Positions 58,790 through 64,000 of a DNA stretch of 64,000 nt are shown here, in pieces; positions within the stretch are counted from its first letter, which is position 1; each line of letters opens with the position of its first letter. Origin of the DNA: Asterias rubens (Eukaryota); NCBI RefSeq assembly GCF_902459465.1, contig NC_047083.1, forward strand, positions 930,001 through 994,000, read 5' to 3'. Below the pieces are notes generated by a model. It was not told the origin of the DNA and made no database searches. It was given only the letters and a program-made list of their open reading frames with translations. The position numbers were made by a program, and so were the translations under genes.

Positions 58790-59413
58790 TAATGCAATAA
58801 TGAAAGAAAAAAACACCTTTGTCACACAAAGTTGTGTGCTTTCGGATGCTTGATTTTGAGACCTCAGTTTCTAAATCTGAGGTCTCGAAATCAAATTCTT
58901 GGAAAATTACTTCTTTCTCGAAAAGTACTCCACTTCAGAGGGAGTCGTTTCTCACAATGTTTTATACTACCAACCTCCCCCCTTTACTCGTTACCAAGTA
59001 AAGTTTTATGCTAATAATTATTTTGAGTAATTACCAATAGTGTCCACTGCCTTTAAAGGCACTGGACACATCTGGTAATCACCTGAAATAATTGTTGGCA
59101 TAAAAAACTTACTTGTTAGCAATCAATGGAGAGCTGCTAATAGTATATAACATTGTGGGAAATGGCTCCCTCGGAAGTAACGTAGTTTTTTAATTTGATT
59201 TCGAGACCTCAAAATCAGATTTTGAGGTTTCGAAATCAAGCATCTGAAAGCACACAACTTTAAATGTGATAAGGGTGCCCTTCTTCCATTATTTTCGCAC
59301 AACTTTGCGACTAATTGAGTTCAAATTTTCACAGTTTGTGTGTGCATACGTTGAGATACACCAAGTGAGACGACTGGTCTCTGACAATTACAAAAAATGT
59401 CCAGTGTCTTTAA
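58790..59413. mobile_element. Two adjacent K1-type MITEs sharing one TTAA (59053-59056)
   Basis: ...GTGTCCACTGCCT TTAA AGGCACTGGACAC...; the second copy ends GTCCAGTGTCT TTAA at 59413. Confidence 0.8.
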
Positions 59414-60129
59414 TAAATGTAATATGTAAATATTTCTATTTTGCGTAGAACTTCAAGGAAAGCCATCTGTGATTCCAGTAAGAGAGGATGTACAAGTAAA
59501 ATAAAATTCATGGATTAAAAAAATGGAAGCTTCTTTGTTTTGGTTTTAGTTGTTAAATTCCTGGGCCCAATCATTGAGCTACTAAGCACCATATGAATGT
59601 GCTTACTCTTGATAAGGGCTATCAGCCAAAACACCATGCGTTGTGCACAGAGGGCATTGTCTCTGTTGCTCCGCCCCTGTCTTGGTGTGCCCCTCTCGAA
59701 GGTGGCTGTGTCGGAACAGCGGCTACAGCTACGGCTAAGGCTAGATTGTTGAGTCATCATGCATTGAAGTATAGAATGTCCTTAGCAACACTCATAGCAA
59801 CAGTCGCAGCCGTAGCTGTAACTGCAAATTCGGATATGGCCTTAAAAACAAAATTACACTTCCCCTAGTCCAAAAACACCCCTTTTTCAGTGCCATCATG
59901 ATCCTCTTGCACAAATATTTTTCAAACTAGTAATCGCGCCTTACGTAACTAGTGGGATCGTTTTATCCACACTCGAAATACTGTATAATAAAATGTGAAC
60001 ATGTACAGCGCACTTGTTGTATTCTGAATCAAGGTCACATCTACGCCCCCCCCCCTACCAAACCGCCCCCCCTATGCCCCCCCCCCCTTCATAATCGATC
60101 AAATTTGACGCACGGCCGGTGTCAGATGC

Positions 60130-60705
60130 GATTGTGTCCGCCATGCAATACCGTCCGCTCTGGACACTTTTGCATATGCAATCGGGTGCGGGGCTATGCA
60201 AAACCGTCCGACGGACATGTACATGACTGTACATGTTTATGCGTGGTACATGACTGTACATGTATGTGCCCGCGTATAGGCGAGGTGCATGCACTGAACC
60301 TACTTATATGCAGCATGAATATTCATGTAGCGTATGATTGCAGCGAATACCCAACGGCCGAACATTTCCCATGTCATTCATGACATGCACTGAGCTTGTA
60401 AAAAAAATGGCGAATGTGTTCCGTCGACCAAGGGCGTTTAAATTACTGCAAGGACGGTTTTGCACGGGGGCGGACACAACTGCATACGCAAATGTGTCCG
60501 GGCGGACACAATTGATCTTGCAGCAGCGTTCGGGTGGACACGATTGCATATGCAAAACCATCCGGCGGACATTATTGCATATGCAATAATGTCCTCCGGA
60601 TAGTATTGCATAGGAGGCATATATGCAAAACCATCCGGCGGACGTTATTGCATATGCAATATATGCAATAATGTCCTCTGGATAGTATTGCATAGGAGGC
60701 ATATA
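60130..60705. repeat. Palindrome-rich repeat (CGGACAC / TTGCATATGCAA units) with a 73-bp tandem duplication
   Basis: TGCATATGCA at 60171, 60545, 60576 and 60649. Duplicated unit at 60549-60621 and 60622-60703. Confidence 0.75.
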
Positions 60706-60870
60706 CGCATTACGTGCTCTCGCCGTGGTTGGGTTCATCCAAGGTGAAAGGGGAGGAGGAATGTTGTTTACCCTAACCCAACCCCAACCTTCCCCCACCC
60801 ACAATTGTCAATCCTAACCCTATTTATTCCTCCATGCCCTATCCCTAATCCTACCCCCCCCCCCCTTCGA

Positions 60871-61069
60871 CCCCGCCCCGCCCTCGCCTGTTGGACCGTA
60901 GAGGGCGCGTGTGTGCAGTCTACAAAAAAAATGACAAAAACACAGTGACATCTCCATCGCTAGCTCGCCGCGCATACAAAAACATGCACCGGGGAAAATG
61001 GAAGAAGACGATATAAAAACGAGTCGAAAATGTGATGAAGTGAACTCGTCTGTTGTTGAAGGGGTACGT
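60871..61069 (+). promoter_or_regulatory. Putative promoter/first exon of ZNF-D
   Basis: CCCCGCCCCGCCC at 60871, TAGAGGGCG at 60899, ATG at 60998, donor at 61064. Confidence 0.65.
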
Positions 61070-63391
61070 ACAGTTTTTCTTTATTTTATCGTGTCTATAG
61101 ATTTCATATTGTCTAGGTTTGCCAGGCCTCTACCCAGTAATAATTAAGTCGTTGATGATAAACTGTCATTGTAATTAAATTGTATGGGATGAAAATGATT
61201 GATTCTCTTTTGTTTTTGTTCAGTAATTGTTCATTATTTTGTCATCATTCATTGTTTGTAATGTGGAGGTAGAAAATATGTAGTTATGCATGGGGATGGA
61301 AATCACCTAGACCCAGTAACTGGGGCGCTGTACTCCTTTTTTCGAAAATTTGACATTCTCCGTCGAACTAGTTGGTACGACACTGACAGACAGAGAATGT
61401 CAAAATTTCGAAAAAAGGAGTACAGCGCCCCAGTTACTTACTGGGTCTAGAAATCACCAGGTTCCATAAAATAGAGAAATATGAGGGGATGATGGTTGTG
61501 TACTTCTAGAAACTATAAAGTTGCGATAACGTATCCCTCTAGAGTCTAGCCCTGCTGGGAAAGGACGTAATTGTCGTCAGTCAGTGTCACACTCTGCAAC
61601 GGAGGAGTCAAAACCTCAGACCTGGGCTACGTATTCCTCGTGGACTTGAGTCTTGTGGACAGGTTGTTAAATTTCTGTTCCTGCTGATAGCGTTCCAACT
61701 CTATTCCGAATCTCCCCGCGATTCCCACAAGACTGCTGACCCTGTGTGCCTACTGCTCTCACGACTACAGTCCCATTTAATGGGGAGTAGAAGCCGGCAT
61801 CCAGCTCTTGCGAGAGCACCGCCACAACTCGACTGTCTCACCGTGGCAAAACGACTTGTCCACAAGTCTAGGGGCTCTTCTGTAGTTATAGTACGACCAC
61901 ATGTCAACATTTCAGCAACAAAAATGCAGATTACAGCAGCCCCTAGCCCAGGCACTGACTGACGTTCTACCATAAATGGGCCAAGGGTTGTCAGAATGTA
62001 CTACAGGGACTGTGGCACAGACATTAGTCTCAAAATCATTTAAAAAAAACCATTTGACTAAGGTCATGGTTGAATGAAAGTGGTCGCTGCTTGCTCTAGC
62101 TAGTGCCACTAGAAACACTTGAGGCTACACATGAAGCGCAACAGTTGACGAATCTGAATGATCAGACCAACCATTCTATGAAGGGGGTATTTACGTAAGA
62201 GTACAAATATTTTTGTGATTGGAAGGGTAGTTAATTTTAAACCTTAAAAAGTGCAATTAAAAGATTTGCTTTCTGATTTTTTTCTTTTTAAAACAGGACG
62301 TTCAAAACATAGAAAAGATGAAGCATCAAACGGAAGAACGTCCAAAAGAGAAATCTTTTGTTTGTGATATTTGTGGCAAATCCTTTCAGCGTCAAGTTCA
62401 AATGACCAATCACCAGCGTGTCCACACTGGAGAGAAACCATTTGCCTGTGATCTTTGTGGAAAAGCCTTCTCACAAAAACACAGCTTGACATATCATCAG
62501 CGAGTCCACACGGGCGAGAAACCATTTGTTTGCAATATTTGTGGCAAAGATTTTTCACAAAAAAAGAACCTAAGCACTCATCAGCTGGTCCACACTGGAG
62601 AGAAACCATTTGTTTGTGACATTTGTGGAAGAGCTTTCTCTCATAAACATACCCTGACCGGTCATCAGCGTGCCCACATTGGAGAGAAACCATTCGCATG
62701 TGACGTGTGTGGAAAAGCCTTTTCACGTAAGAAGACCCTTACTAGTCATAAGGATGTCCACACTGAAGAGAAACCATTTGTTTGTGACGTTTGTGGGAAA
62801 GCCTTTAAGCGCAAAGGGCAAAGGACAATCCATCAAAGTGTCCACACTGGAGAGAAATCTTTTGTTTGTGATATTTGCGGGAAAGCTTTCACGCATAAAC
62901 ATCACTTGACGAACCATCATCAAGGCGTGCACACTGCAGAGAGACCCTTCGTTTGTGATATTTGCGGAAATAGTTACAAACAAAAAGGAGATTTAAAAAA
63001 TCACCAGAGATTTCACACTGGAGAGAGACCATTTGTTTGTAATGTTTGCAGGAAAAACTTCTCAAATAAACCGAACCTTATTGCCCATCAACTTGTCCAT
63101 TCTGAACTGAAGCGTTTTGCTTGTAATATTTGTGGAAAAGCCTTCAAACGTAAAGGCCATTTAACAATTCATCAGCGAATACACACTGGAGAGAAAAGAT
63201 TCGTTTGTGACCTTTGCGGAAAAGCCTTCTTAAATAAGACTAACCTAACCACCCATCAGCTTGTCCACACGGAAATGAAGCGGTTTGTTTGTAACACATG
63301 TGGAAAAGCTTTTAAACGCAATGGCCAGTTAACTGTTCATCAGCGTATGCATACTGCAGCCAAACCATTGTTTGTGACATTTGTAGGATAG
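60998..63391 (+). CDS. C2H2 zinc-finger protein ZNF-D (12 fingers); join(60998..61063,62297..63391)
   Basis: Exon 1 gaaaATGg encodes MEEDDIKTSRKCDEVNSSVVEG and ends in phase 0 at a GTACGT donor (61064). The acceptor ending at 62296 opens in phase 0 into DVQNIEKMKHQ... in frame with the ZF ORF. A 13th finger is frameshifted at the 3' end. Confidence 0.82.
61308..61449. mobile_element. 142-bp hairpin MITE, TAG..CTA termini, 9-bp TSD GAAATCACC
   Basis: About 55-bp arms (one 4-nt indel, one mismatch). TSDs at 61299-61307 and 61450-61458. Confidence 0.85.
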
Positions 63392-63465
63392 GCTTCTAAC
63401 TCATCAAATCATTCTATGCAGAGAGCATCCACTCTTGAGAGAAACCCTTCGTTTTAAAGGGTCTG

Positions 63466-63634
63466 CAGCTGGTTTCACGAAACGCTAGGATTAATCCTAT
63501 CTTGAGTTAGGACAAGTAACTCGTCCTAACTTTGGATGGGTTCAATGCGTCGTAGCGTCTATGGATTGGGAACTTAACTCATCCTCAGTCCTAAGATTAA
63601 TCCTAAGTTAGGAAGAGTTTGGTGAAATCAACGG
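63466..63634 (-). mobile_element. Harbinger-like MITE H1 nested in a K3-type TIR (CTG TSD)
   Basis: Removing it restores TTAAAGGGTCTGGGTACTTT. Confidence 0.75.
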
Positions 63635-63725
63635 CTGGGTACTTTTTGTAGGACACAAAACACAATGTCCACAGATTTACATCAAACTCACACAGTTTGA
63701 AGCAAATAATGTTCGAAAGCTTCCT

Positions 63726-64000
63726 TTAAAGGCACTGGAAACTATTGGTAATTGTCAAAAAGACCAGTATTCTCACTTGGTGTATCCTAACATATGAAAT
63801 GCATAAAAATAACAAATCTGTGAAAATTTTGATTCAATTGGGCATCAAAGTAAGTTGCTAGAGAATAATGAAAGAAGACAAAAAACATTACAGAACTTTG
63901 TGTGCTTTCAGATGCATAATAAACAGCTTTTAGCTGTTGTCACAAACTTTTATCAACAGCTCTCCATTGCTTGTTACAAAGTAAATTTTAATGCCACCAT
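63726..64000 (+). mobile_element. K1-type MITE running off the window end
   Basis: Starts TTAA AGGCACTGGAAACTATTGGTAATTGTC... Confidence 0.75.

Noticed and set aside
16567-59014. Recurrent ORF ...VVCFQMLDFETSNSKSEVSKSNSWKITSFSK... in six or more places
   Set aside because: All copies lie inside K1 MITEs, with inconsistent starts, stops and frames. It reflects repeat identity, not a gene.
59952-60804. 143-aa and 166-aa ORFs
   Set aside because: They arise from GC-richer palindromic repeat DNA, are low-complexity and have no domain.
36878-62983. Many short antisense and alternate-frame ORFs over the ZNF arrays (MVSLQC..., [11 protein letters not shown]...)
   Set aside because: These are shadows of the periodic finger-coding sequence.
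36900-63391. CRISPR-like pattern: constant CACACTGGAGAGAAACCATTTG repeats with variable spacers
   Set aside because: The period is 84 nt and the repeats are in frame, encoding HTGEKPF linkers of C2H2 fingers. There are no cas genes and the context is eukaryotic.

Overview
AT-rich, repeat-dense animal genomic DNA. It is probably a deuterostome invertebrate; the MITE families look like sea-star/echinoderm repeats from memory, which is unverified. Left half: two tandem, + strand, multi-exon tetraspanin genes (243 aa, 6 coding exons, 10653-14530; 261 aa, 7 coding exons, 25342-30620). All splice sites are GT-AG and all introns are phase 0. Right half (35.2-63.5 kb): a + strand cluster of nine C2H2 zinc-finger arrays with no recognisable effector domain. 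Six have long intact ORFs and three are decayed, and the cluster shows recent tandem and intra-array duplications. Only four copies of a shared promoter/first-exon module (GC box - TAGAGGGCG - 5' splice donor) precede the nine arrays. Non-coding DNA is full of non-autonomous DNA transposons: TTAA Kolobok-like, CWG Harbinger-like, a 6-bp-TSD CAGG family, and 9-bp-TSD TAG..CTA hairpins. It also holds tRNA-derived SINEs, an L2/CR1-type remnant, minisatellites, and eight minimal hammerhead-ribozyme-like motifs (most degenerate) typical of Penelope-like elements and retrozymes. All coordinates were read by hand and no database searches were run.
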